Source: Caproiciproducens sp. (GTDB taxonomy: Bacteria > Bacillota > Clostridia > Oscillospirales > Acutalibacteraceae). From it: a stretch of DNA of 53,305 nt. The stretch is from the NCBI GenBank assembly GCA_036260545.1, contig DATAML010000048.1, positions 1 through 53,305 of the forward strand, read 5' to 3'. The notes under the pieces were generated by a model. It was not told the origin of the DNA. It worked only from the letters and a program-made list of their open reading frames with translations, and did not search any database. Shown here piece by piece: positions 8,904-17,808 of this stretch; position 1 is the first letter of the stretch; every line of letters starts with the position of its first letter. Both the position numbers and the translations under genes were made by a program.

Positions 8904-8906
8904 CCG

Positions 8907-9503
8907 GTGGGTGACGACAGCACGAATCTGCCGCTGTTTCTGGCGCAAGACAGCTATGTGGATTTTTCCTCTCCTGTTATACAGAAGGAAGCGGATGCGT
9001 TATTTGCTGGTATAGACGATAAAACCAAGATTGCAGAAACCGCGTTTCTGTTTGTACGGGATGAGATACCGCATTCCTTTGACTGCAATGCATCGGTAAT
9101 CACCGCAAAGGCATCCGATGTATTGGTTTATAAAACGGGCATCTGCCACGCAAAATCGAACCTGCTGGCTGCGCTTCTTCGCGCGAGGGGAATTCCGGCG
9201 GGCTTTTGTTACCAGCATCTGACCCTTGCGGACGATGAATCCAAGGGCTATTGCCTTCATTGCTACAATGCGGTATATCTGAATAATCAATGGATTAAAT
9301 TAGATGCAAGGGGAAACAAGGCCGGAGTAGACGCACAGTTTTCCTTAGGAGAGCCAAAACTTGCTTTTGCCAACCGGCCCCGGTATGATGAATATTTTTA
9401 TCCGGGTATTTACGCCCGTCCCCACGGAGCTGCGATGAAAATGCTTGAAAAGGCAAAGACCATACAGGACGTCATGAATCATATACCGGATAATCTGGAA
9501 TGA
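8907..9503 (+). CDS. Transglutaminase-like cysteine-protease-fold protein
   Basis: A Cys-His-Asp core pattern is present: KTGICHAKSNLLAALLRARGIP ... LHCYNAVYL ... IKLDARG. The GTG start lies 3 nt after the permease stop, and the first 50+ residues contain no internal Met. Confidence 0.75.
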   Translation: MGDDSTNLPLFLAQDSYVDFSSPVIQKEADALFAGIDDKTKIAETAFLFVRDEIPHSFDCNASVITAKASDVLVYKTGICHAKSNLLAALLRARGIPAGFCYQHLTLADDESKGYCLHCYNAVYLNNQWIKLDARGNKAGVDAQFSLGEPKLAFANRPRYDEYFYPGIYARPHGAAMKMLEKAKTIQDVMNHIPDNLE

Positions 9504-9556
9504 ATCAGCAACAGTTCTAAGCTGTTTAAACAGCGTGATGTAAAAGGAGATTAATA

Positions 9557-10222
9557 ATGGAAAAAGAAGAAATACTGAGCAAAGTGGATCATACTTTGCT
9601 GACACAGACCGCAACATGGGCGGAAATCAAGCAGACTTGCGACGACGCTATGAAATACCGCACCGCATCGGTCTGTATTCCGGCGTCCTATGTAAAACGG
9701 GTGAAAGAATATGTGAAAGACCAAATGGCAGTCTGCACGGTCATCGGGTTCCCGAACGGCTATTCCACCACGGCGGTGAAGGTTTTTGAGACAAAGGATG
9801 CCATCGCGAACGGAGCCGACGAAATCGATATGGTAATCAATATCGGTTTTATCAAAGACGGGCTTTATGAGAAGCAGCTGGATGAAATCCGGCAGGTGAA
9901 AGCGGCGTGCGGCAGCCGTATCCTCAAGGTAATTATCGAAACCTGTTTGCTGACGGAAGAGGAAAAAATAAAAATGTGCGGGGTCGTAACGGCTTCCGGC
10001 GCGGACTATATTAAAACCTCCACCGGATTTTCGACCGCGGGAGCTACTTTTGACGATGTGGCGCTTTTTGCAAAGCATAGCGGCCCAAACCTGAAAATCA
10101 AGGCGGCCGGCGGAATCAAAACGCTGGACGACGCGGAAAAATTTATTTCCCTCGGTGCTTCCCGTTTGGGCACCAGCCGAATCATTAAGATTATTAAGAA
10201 CGAAGAGGCTCAGGGATATTAA
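9557..10222 (+). CDS. deoC: Deoxyribose-phosphate aldolase
   Basis: [37 protein letters not shown] ... DYIKTSTGF contains the Schiff-base Lys. AAAGGAG RBS. Confidence 0.95.
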   Translation: MEKEEILSKVDHTLLTQTATWAEIKQTCDDAMKYRTASVCIPASYVKRVKEYVKDQMAVCTVIGFPNGYSTTAVKVFETKDAIANGADEIDMVINIGFIKDGLYEKQLDEIRQVKAACGSRILKVIIETCLLTEEEKIKMCGVVTASGADYIKTSTGFSTAGATFDDVALFAKHSGPNLKIKAAGGIKTLDDAEKFISLGASRLGTSRIIKIIKNEEAQGY

Positions 10223-10332
10223 TCCGTACGGAAAAGGTAAATGAGTAAAAACAAATTGGGGAGCGGCGGCAGTCGTTCCTCAATTCTGCCTACGCCTTAT
10301 TTACATAGGGCTGAAAGAAAGCGGGAGGTACC

Positions 10333-10752
10333 ATGGATAATTATAAACAGCTGGTGGATGCCGCCATTTCCGCGCGGGAAATGGCCTACACGCCTTATTC
10401 GCACTTCAGCGTGGGAGCGGCTTTATTGACCAAAGGCGGAAAAATCTACCGTGGCTGCAATATTGAAAACGCGGCATTTACGCCGACAAGCTGTGCGGAG
10501 CGCACTGCCTTTTTTAAAGCAATCAGCGAAGGCGAGCACGAGTTTGCGGCAATCGCGGTTGTCGGCGGCAAGGCCGGAGAGCCGGTCAGCGAATACTGCC
10601 CGCCCTGCGGCGTGTGCCGTCAGGTAATGATGGAATTCTGCAGTCCGGAAAGCTTTCAGGTGATTCTCGCCAAAAACCCGGAAGAGTGGAAAATATATGC
10701 CCTGTGTGAGATCATTCCTCTCGGGTTCAGCGGGAAAGATTTATCAAGATGA
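10333..10752 (+). CDS. cdd: Cytidine deaminase
   Basis: The zinc motifs CAERTA and CPPCGVCRQ are present, at the tetrameric CDA size (139 aa). Confidence 0.95.
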   Translation: MDNYKQLVDAAISAREMAYTPYSHFSVGAALLTKGGKIYRGCNIENAAFTPTSCAERTAFFKAISEGEHEFAAIAVVGGKAGEPVSEYCPPCGVCRQVMMEFCSPESFQVILAKNPEEWKIYALCEIIPLGFSGKDLSR

Positions 10753-11366
10753 TAAAAAATATTGTGTTTGATATGGGCCGGGTACTGGTGGGTTTCGACC
10801 CGGACGCCATTATACAGGAGTTTACTGATGACCCGGCAGATATTCCGATAATCCGGAGAGAGGTTTTTGAAAAAAGCGAGTGGCGGGAACTCGACCGCGG
10901 TACGCTCATGGAGGAAGATATGATTCCCCTTGTCTGTGCAAGGCTGCCCGAGCGTCTGCACAGCATCGCGGAGAAGCTGCTCCTGCACTGGCGGGAATAC
11001 ATGGAGGCTCTGGACGATATCGTTCCGCTGGCCCGGCAGCTGCAAGAAAACGGCTATGCGCTTTATGTGCTTTCCAATGCAGGAAAGAGCATGCTGAATT
11101 TTAAGTATAAGCTTCCGGTATTAAAGTACTTTACGGGAACCCTGTTTTCAGCTGAGGTCTATCTGCTGAAACCGGAACCGGGGATTTATCAGGAGTTTTT
11201 TAAGCGCTTTTCACTCGATCCCGCGGAGTGCTTCTTTATTGACGACACTCCTGAAAATATTGAAGCGGGGAAAGAATTCGGCATGAACGGATTTCGCTAT
11301 ACGGGGGAAATCCGGCCTCTTTGTGAAGCGCTTGAGAACGCGGGGGTTTCCGTATCATCTAATTAA
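10749..11366 (+). CDS. HAD-superfamily hydrolase (subfamily IA; candidate nucleotidase/phosphatase)
   Basis: IVFDMGRVLV is the motif I variant, and FIDDTPENIEAGKEFGM is motif IV. An ATGA start/stop overlap with cdd is present. Confidence 0.8.
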   Translation: MIKNIVFDMGRVLVGFDPDAIIQEFTDDPADIPIIRREVFEKSEWRELDRGTLMEEDMIPLVCARLPERLHSIAEKLLLHWREYMEALDDIVPLARQLQENGYALYVLSNAGKSMLNFKYKLPVLKYFTGTLFSAEVYLLKPEPGIYQEFFKRFSLDPAECFFIDDTPENIEAGKEFGMNGFRYTGEIRPLCEALENAGVSVSSN

Positions 11367-11386
11367 TAAAAAGCAGGTGAAATGAA

Positions 11387-12712
11387 ATGAGAATGTACGA
11401 CATCATAACCAAAAAACGCGAGGGCGGGGAGTTGACAAACCAAGAGATCGGATATTTCATTGACGGCTATGTCAGAGGTGATATCCCGGATTATCAGGTT
11501 TCCGCGCTGCTTATGGCAATTTATTTTAAAGGGATGACGGAACGGGAAACCGCCGAGCTTACCATGTGCATGGCGCATTCCGGCGAAATGGTCGACCTTT
11601 CCTCCATCGACGGCGTGAAGGTCGACAAACACAGTACCGGCGGAGTCGGCGATAAAACAACACTGATCATTTCCCCAATCGTCGCTTCGCTTGGCGTTCG
11701 CGTAGCCAAAATGAGCGGGCGGGGGCTCGGGCATACCGGCGGCACGGTGGATAAAATGGAATCCATTCCGGGAATGCAGACTTCCCTTGACCGCGAAAAA
11801 TTCTTTGATATCGTCCGCAAGGTCGGCGTCAGCGTGATCGGCCAGTCGGGCAACATGGTGCCCGCCGATAAAAAGCTGTATGCCCTGCGTGACGTAACGG
11901 CCACCATTGAAAGCATTCCGCTGATCGCGTCAAGCATTATGAGCAAAAAAATAGCGGCCGGTTCCGACTGCATCCTTCTGGATGTAAAAACCGGAAGCGG
12001 TGCTTTTATGAAGACGGTAGACGATTCCATCCGTCTTGCACAGGCCATGGTTTCCATCGGCGAACATGTTGGGCGTAAAACGATTGCGCTGATTACCGAT
12101 ATGGACCGGCCGCTCGGGAACGCGGTAGGAAACGCTCTGGAGATCATTGAGGTATGCCGTACCCTAAAGGGACACGGCCCGGCAGATTTGACGGAAATCT
12201 GTATTGATCTGGCTGCCAATATGCTGTTCCTTGCCGGCAAGGGAAGCATAGAAGCCTGCAAGAAGCTGGCACAGCAGCAGATTGCGAATGGGGAAGCCTT
12301 TGCAAAGCTGAAGGAAATGGCGGCGGCGCAGGGCGGCGACGTAAGCGTTCTGGACGACAATACGAAATTCGCCCCGCCTAAGGTTCAGCACGAGGTATTG
12401 GCGCAGGGAGAAGGCTATCTCTATTCCATGAACACAGAGCAGTGCGGCATTGCCTCCGTAGAGCTCGGCGCGGGCCGGGAAAAGAAGGAAGATTCCATTG
12501 ATTACAGCGCCGGCATTATCCTGCACAAAAAAGTCGGTGATTACGTAAAGACCGGGGATGCGCTGGCAACCTTCTATTCTGCCGAACTGGAGAAGTGTCT
12601 CTCCGCCGAAAAACTCTTTGAAAGCGCCGTTACCATCCGCCCGCAGGCGCCCAAGCCGGTTCCGGTTATTCACGCCAGAGTGACAAAGGACGGAGTCGAA
12701 AGATACGAATAG
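11387..12712 (+). CDS. pdp: Pyrimidine-nucleoside (thymidine) phosphorylase
   Basis: MRMYDIITKKREGGELTNQEIGYFIDGYVRGDIPDYQVSALLMAIYFKGM ... HSTGGVGDK. Confidence 0.95.
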   Translation: MRMYDIITKKREGGELTNQEIGYFIDGYVRGDIPDYQVSALLMAIYFKGMTERETAELTMCMAHSGEMVDLSSIDGVKVDKHSTGGVGDKTTLIISPIVASLGVRVAKMSGRGLGHTGGTVDKMESIPGMQTSLDREKFFDIVRKVGVSVIGQSGNMVPADKKLYALRDVTATIESIPLIASSIMSKKIAAGSDCILLDVKTGSGAFMKTVDDSIRLAQAMVSIGEHVGRKTIALITDMDRPLGNAVGNALEIIEVCRTLKGHGPADLTEICIDLAANMLFLAGKGSIEACKKLAQQQIANGEAFAKLKEMAAAQGGDVSVLDDNTKFAPPKVQHEVLAQGEGYLYSMNTEQCGIASVELGAGREKKEDSIDYSAGIILHKKVGDYVKTGDALATFYSAELEKCLSAEKLFESAVTIRPQAPKPVPVIHARVTKDGVERYE

Positions 12713-12748
12713 CCAAAACCCCATTATTATAATAAATGTTTAAACGCG

Positions 12749-12779
12749 AAGCGGGCAGGAATTCTCCTGCCCGCTTTTT
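12749..12779. terminator. Rho-independent terminator between convergent pdp and the ABC exporter
   Basis: aagcgggcagga/tcctgcccgctt forms the stem, followed by ttttt. Confidence 0.7.
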
Positions 12780-12788
12780 GTAATATGT

Positions 12789-14528
12789 TTATGTATTCAG
12801 TCCCTCGAACTGCATATTGTAATAGTTTGCGTAGACACCGTTTGCATCCAAAAGGGTTTGGTGGGTGCCGCGTTCCAGAATACCCTCGTCGCCGATCACG
12901 ATGATCTCGTCTGCGTTCCGTATCGTGCTCAGGCGGTGCGCAATCACAATGGTAGTCCGGTTTTTCGCCAGGATTTCCAGTGAATTCTGGATATGCCGTT
13001 CGCTTTCGTTGTCCAGCGCGCTGGTTGCCTCATCGAGGATCAGTATCTTCGGGTCCTTCAGAAATACGCGCGCAATGGCAAGCCTTTGCTTCTGCCCGCC
13101 GCTTAACCGGGTGCCGCGTTCGCCGACATATGTATCGTAGCCGTCCTCCAACCCGATGATGAAATCATGGATATTCGCGTTTTTCGCCGCTTCCATGATT
13201 TCTTCGTCCGTTGCGTCCGGTTTGCCGTATGCGATATTATCCCGGATACTTCCGGCAAACATGTAAACGTCCTGCTGCACGATGCCGATGGAATTCCGGA
13301 GCGAATCAAGTTTGATATCCCGCACGTCAAGCCCGTCGATCTGGACGCTGCCGGCCGTAACGTCGTAAAAGCGGGGAAGCAGGGAACAGAGAGTGGTTTT
13401 TCCGCCGCCCGAAGGCCCGACCAAAGCTATGGTTCTGCCCGCATTAATTTGAATATTGATGTGATCCAGCACGTTACTGGCGGTATCATAACTGAAAGAA
13501 ACGTCGCGGTACTCAATGCTTCCCTTTACGTCTTTCAGCTCCACAGCGCCCGGCCGGTCAGTGATCTCCGGCTCTGTTTCCATGACCTCGTTAAAGCGCC
13601 GGAAGCCGGAATACCCTTTCTGGAACAGCTCGGTAAACTCAATCAGAATGTCGATCGGGTTAATAATGATGTTGATATACAGCGCGTAAACGGCCAGATC
13701 GGTCAGGCGCAGGGAACCATTCGCGATAAAGAGGCCTCCGCTGATCAGCACCGTGATAAAGAGCAGACCCTCAAAGAATGAGGTTCCCGCGCGGAAACTG
13801 CCCATGATGCGGTAACTGCTGATTTTGGAATCCAGAAACTTCAGGTTGCTCTCACAGAATTTGTCCCGCTCCAGCTCTTCGTTGGCAAAGCTTTTCACCA
13901 CACGGATGCCTGCTAGAGAATCCTGAACCTGCGAGTTCACCCCCGCGATTTTTTTGCGGTTGTCCATGAATACCGCGCGCATTTTCTTATTCTGGTCTAT
14001 GCTGAACACGATCATTACCGCGGTGACAAGCAGCAGGATGAGCGTCATCGGCACGCTGATAAACATCATCAAAAGAAAACTGCCTAAGATTTTTAAAAGC
14101 GAGATCAGGATATTTTCCGGCCCGTGGTGCGCCAGTTCACTGATATCGAACAAATCAGACACCAGCTTGCTCATCATTTCACCGGTATTGTTTTTATCAT
14201 AGTACGAAAACGAAAGCCGCTGCAGATGGTCAAACAGGTCCTGCCGCATATCGCTTTCCATCCGGGCGCCCATTACGTGCCCCCAGCCGGTTATGTAGTA
14301 CTGGCAGCCGAGGCGTACCAGCTCCATGATGAGAAGTCCCGCGGCAATCCATGGCAGAGTTTTCAGGATTGCCTGAGCGCTTTGAGCAAACAGCCCCTTT
14401 GTGAGCCAATTTAAAATTTGCGGAAACGCGACGTCAATCGCCGAAACGACCAGCGCGCAAAACATATCGAAGTAAAAAATTCCCCGGTATGGCCGATAGT
14501 ATCTTATAAATTTCTTGAATAATGACAT
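12789..14528 (-). CDS. ABC exporter, fused permease/ATP-binding protein (MsbA/multidrug type)
   Basis: Six-TM N-terminal half, then GPSGGGKTT, LSGGQKQRLAIAR and ILILDEATSALD. Confidence 0.9.
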   Translation of the reverse strand: MSLFKKFIRYYRPYRGIFYFDMFCALVVSAIDVAFPQILNWLTKGLFAQSAQAILKTLPWIAAGLLIMELVRLGCQYYITGWGHVMGARMESDMRQDLFDHLQRLSFSYYDKNNTGEMMSKLVSDLFDISELAHHGPENILISLLKILGSFLLMMFISVPMTLILLLVTAVMIVFSIDQNKKMRAVFMDNRKKIAGVNSQVQDSLAGIRVVKSFANEELERDKFCESNLKFLDSKISSYRIMGSFRAGTSFFEGLLFITVLISGGLFIANGSLRLTDLAVYALYINIIINPIDILIEFTELFQKGYSGFRRFNEVMETEPEITDRPGAVELKDVKGSIEYRDVSFSYDTASNVLDHINIQINAGRTIALVGPSGGGKTTLCSLLPRFYDVTAGSVQIDGLDVRDIKLDSLRNSIGIVQQDVYMFAGSIRDNIAYGKPDATDEEIMEAAKNANIHDFIIGLEDGYDTYVGERGTRLSGGQKQRLAIARVFLKDPKILILDEATSALDNESERHIQNSLEILAKNRTTIVIAHRLSTIRNADEIIVIGDEGILERGTHQTLLDANGVYANYYNMQFEGLNT

Positions 14529-14579
14529 GCTTTTCTCCTATTAAGTCGGAGGAATGCTGATCCGGGCGCAATCAGCACC

Positions 14580-15095
14580 CTACATTTTTTCAGGTTCTTC
14601 ATACTCCTCGCCAAACGTTTCAACCGTAACCGTCTGCATAACCTCGTTCTCGAGCGGACGGTCGCTGTAATCGCGGCGAACCGATACAATGCGGTCTGCT
14701 TCGTCCATCCCTTCGATAACTTTACCGAATGCGGCGTACTGCCCGTCAAGATGTGGCGCGTCGGCAACCATAATGAAGAACTGGGAGCCGGCGCTGTTGG
14801 GATTCATGGAACGCGCCATAGAAATGACTCCTCTGGAATGGTTCAGATCGTTTTTAAAACGATTGCCGCTGAATTCGCCCTTGATGCTGTAGCCCGGGCC
14901 GCCCATGCCCGTTCCTTCCGGGTCGCCGCCCTGAATCATGAAATCCGGGATCACACGGTGGAAAACCGTTCCGTTATAAAACCCTTTATTCACAAGAGAG
15001 ATAAAGTTCTTTACGGTGTTCGGAGCAATTTGCGGATACAATTCAACCTTTATTGTACCGTTTTCGGTTTTAATTGTTACAATCGGATTTTTCAT
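14580..15095 (-). CDS. Cyclophilin-type peptidyl-prolyl cis-trans isomerase
   Basis: FHRVIPDFMIQGGDP...GSQFFI. The ATG at 15095 lies 7 nt after GGAGGG, and the TTG at 15110 overlaps the RBS. Confidence 0.9.
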   Translation of the reverse strand: MKNPIVTIKTENGTIKVELYPQIAPNTVKNFISLVNKGFYNGTVFHRVIPDFMIQGGDPEGTGMGGPGYSIKGEFSGNRFKNDLNHSRGVISMARSMNPNSAGSQFFIMVADAPHLDGQYAAFGKVIEGMDEADRIVSVRRDYSDRPLENEVMQTVTVETFGEEYEEPEKM

Positions 15096-15381
15096 AATAA
15101 TTCCCTCCAAATCAGTTAAGTTATTCTATTATAACCAATTAAATGTCTTCATTCAAGTAAAATTAACTCTTAGAATTCAAACAGCGTTTGTTTTTCTGCC
15201 TATGACCGGTATATGGAATTAAGACGGCACACCGCTTGCTCACTTTGCTAATCTATTTGGGATATATCCCCCTTCGGCTTCCACGGCTGCGGCGGCCGAA
15301 AAATTATCCCAATGAATTTACCTGTACTTATTATCCGTTACTTATGGTATAATATAGAAAACGATTCTGGAGGAGTAAAAG

Positions 15382-16137
15382 GTGAAGCTGATTTCATGGA
15401 ACGTAAACGGCCTTCGCGCCTGCATCGGCAAGGGGTTTATGGACTTTTTCAACCAGATGGACGCAGACGCCGTATGTATTCAGGAAACAAAAATGCAGCA
15501 GGATCAAGCGGAATTGAATCTGCCCGGATATAAGCAATATTGGAATTCCGCCGTGAAAAAAGGTTATTCCGGTACGGCGGTTTTCACCCGAATAGAGCCT
15601 TTAACCGTTCTATACGATATCGGCGCAGAGGAGCATACCGGCGAGGGAAGAGCCATTACGCTGGAATTTGAGGATTTCTTTCTGGTTACGGTTTATACAC
15701 CGAATGCGCAGCGCGACTTGGCGCGCATTGATTACCGCATGAGCTGGGAGGATGCATTTCGCGCTTATCTGAAGAAGCTGGACGCACAAAAGCCGGTTGT
15801 CGTGTGCGGTGATATGAATGTTGCCCATAATGAAATTGATTTGAAAAACCCGAAAAGCAACCGGGGCAACGCCGGCTTCTCCGATCAGGAGCGCGGGAAA
15901 ATGACGGAATTGCTTAATTCCGGGTTTATCGATACTTTCCGTTTCCTTCACCCGGAGGAAAGGGACGCTTATACCTGGTGGTCCTATATGTTCCGGGCAA
16001 GGGAAAAGAATGTCGGATGGCGTATCGATTATTTTCTGGCGTCAGACCGGCTCCGCAGCCGGATTGAGCAAAGCAGCATCCATCCCGAGGTGATGGGCAG
16101 CGACCATTGTCCGGTCGAGCTTGTTCTTACAGACTGA
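15382..16137 (+). CDS. xth: Exodeoxyribonuclease III
   Basis: MKLISWNVNGLRA...CIQETK...GDMNVAHNEIDL...SDHCPV. GTG start after GGAGGAG. Confidence 0.9.
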   Translation: MKLISWNVNGLRACIGKGFMDFFNQMDADAVCIQETKMQQDQAELNLPGYKQYWNSAVKKGYSGTAVFTRIEPLTVLYDIGAEEHTGEGRAITLEFEDFFLVTVYTPNAQRDLARIDYRMSWEDAFRAYLKKLDAQKPVVVCGDMNVAHNEIDLKNPKSNRGNAGFSDQERGKMTELLNSGFIDTFRFLHPEERDAYTWWSYMFRAREKNVGWRIDYFLASDRLRSRIEQSSIHPEVMGSDHCPVELVLTD

Positions 16138-16160
16138 AATAAATAGGTGGGGGAAAGACA

Positions 16161-17765
16161 ATGCAACTGATTTTTTACGGCGCCGATAAAGAAGTGACCG
16201 GGAGCTGCCACTGCCTGACAGTGAACGGCAGAAAAATCCTTATAGACTGCGGTTTGCAGCAGGGAGCGGATGAGGACGATAACCACAGGCTTCCGTTTTA
16301 TGCTGCCCAGATTGACTATGTTATCGTGACCCATGCCCACATTGACCACAGCGGAAGACTTCCGCTTCTTGTAAAAAATGGATATCAAGGGAAAATATAC
16401 GCCACAAGGGCGACCTGCGACCTGCTTTCCATCATGCTTCGCGACAGCGCGCACATTCAGGAGATGGATGCCGTCAACGAAAACCGGAAGGGAAAACGTG
16501 CGGGCCGGGAGCCGGAGGAGCCGATTTATACGGTAGAAGATGCGCAGGAAACGCTGAGCCGGATGGTTCCCCTGAGCTACGGCGAAATGAAACAGATTTG
16601 CGACGGCGTAAGCTTCCGCTTTACCGATGCGGGCCATCTGCTTGGTTCGGCTTATGTGGAAATGTGGGCAACGGAAAACGGTGAGACGCGGAAAATCGTT
16701 TTTTCCGGCGATATCGGCAACTGCAACCAGCCGATTATCCGTGATCCGCAGTACATAAAGCAGGCGGATTACGTCGTTATGGAATCCACTTACGGAGACC
16801 GCGATCATGAAAAGGTTGAAAGCTATATTCCGGTTCTGGCCGATATCTTTGATAAAACACTTTCGGGCGGCGGCAATGTTGTGATTCCGAGTTTTGCGGT
16901 CGGCCGCACACAAGAGCTGCTCTATTTCATCCGGGAGATCAAAGAGCGCAGGCTCGTGAAAAGTAACCCGGATTTTCCGGTTTATATCGACAGCCCGCTG
17001 GCCTCTGAGGCAACCAAAATTTACAGCGGCGACCTGACCGGTTACGCCGACGAAGAAACGGTTCAGTTAATTCAGTCCGGCTTTGAACCGATCAATTTTT
17101 CAAATCTGAACATCTGCGCCAGCGTGGAAGAATCCAAGCTGCTGAATGAAGACAATATCCCGAAGGTAATCATTTCTTCCAGCGGTATGTGCGAAGCCGG
17201 CAGGATTCGCCATCACCTCAAGCACAACCTGTGGAGACCGGAATGCGCGGTCGTGTTTGTAGGCTATCAGGCGAACGGAACGCTCGGCAGGATTTTGCTG
17301 GACGGTGTTGAAAAGGTAAAGCTGTTCGGCGAAGAAATTTCGGTAAAGGCGCATATCTACAATTTCAGAGCCCTTTCCGCCCACGCAGACAGAACCGGGC
17401 TTTTGAAGTGGATCAACGCTTTTGAAGAAAAGCCGCGCAGAGTGTTCGTTGTTCACGGTGAAGAAAATGTCTGTGAGTTTTTCACGGAAAGCCTGAAGCA
17501 GCTGGGCTATAACGCCTACGCGCCGAATTTTGAAACGGTATTTAATCTTGAAGACAACACCGTGGAGGAAGAGGGGATCGAGCCTGCAAAGCGCAGTTCC
17601 GGCAAAGAAAACAAGGGCAAAAAGTATTCCGCTGCGTTTATGCGGCTGGTGGAAGCGGGCAAACGCCTTTTGCGGGTCATACAAAGCAATGAGGGCGGTG
17701 CGAACAAGGACCTGGCAAAATTTGCAGATCAGATAAACTCCCTCTGCGAAAAGTGGAACCGCTAA
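16161..17765 (+). CDS. MBL-fold beta-CASP family hydrolase (RNA-metabolising nuclease type)
   Basis: HAHIDHSG is the metallo-beta-lactamase motif. A beta-CASP-like middle region and an MESTYGDR motif are present. 534 aa. Confidence 0.85.
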   Translation: MQLIFYGADKEVTGSCHCLTVNGRKILIDCGLQQGADEDDNHRLPFYAAQIDYVIVTHAHIDHSGRLPLLVKNGYQGKIYATRATCDLLSIMLRDSAHIQEMDAVNENRKGKRAGREPEEPIYTVEDAQETLSRMVPLSYGEMKQICDGVSFRFTDAGHLLGSAYVEMWATENGETRKIVFSGDIGNCNQPIIRDPQYIKQADYVVMESTYGDRDHEKVESYIPVLADIFDKTLSGGGNVVIPSFAVGRTQELLYFIREIKERRLVKSNPDFPVYIDSPLASEATKIYSGDLTGYADEETVQLIQSGFEPINFSNLNICASVEESKLLNEDNIPKVIISSSGMCEAGRIRHHLKHNLWRPECAVVFVGYQANGTLGRILLDGVEKVKLFGEEISVKAHIYNFRALSAHADRTGLLKWINAFEEKPRRVFVVHGEENVCEFFTESLKQLGYNAYAPNFETVFNLEDNTVEEEGIEPAKRSSGKENKGKKYSAAFMRLVEAGKRLLRVIQSNEGGANKDLAKFADQINSLCEKWNR

Positions 17766-17773
17766 TTACAGAA

Positions 17774-17802
17774 CAACCCCCGGCACGTTAAATGCCGGGG
17801 GT
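17774..17802. terminator. Bidirectional terminator between the convergent beta-CASP gene and the GGDEF gene
   Basis: aacccccggca/tgccgggggtt forms an 11-bp stem, with A/T-rich flanks on both sides. Confidence 0.7.
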
Positions 17803-17808
17803 TAAAAT

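Noticed and set aside
14529-14579. A hairpin (tgctgat...atcagca) between the cyclophilin gene and the ABC exporter gene on the minus strand, considered as a terminator.
   Set aside because: The 7-bp stem has no following U-tract on the minus strand, and it directly precedes the exporter RBS. The two genes are more likely co-transcribed, or the hairpin is incidental.
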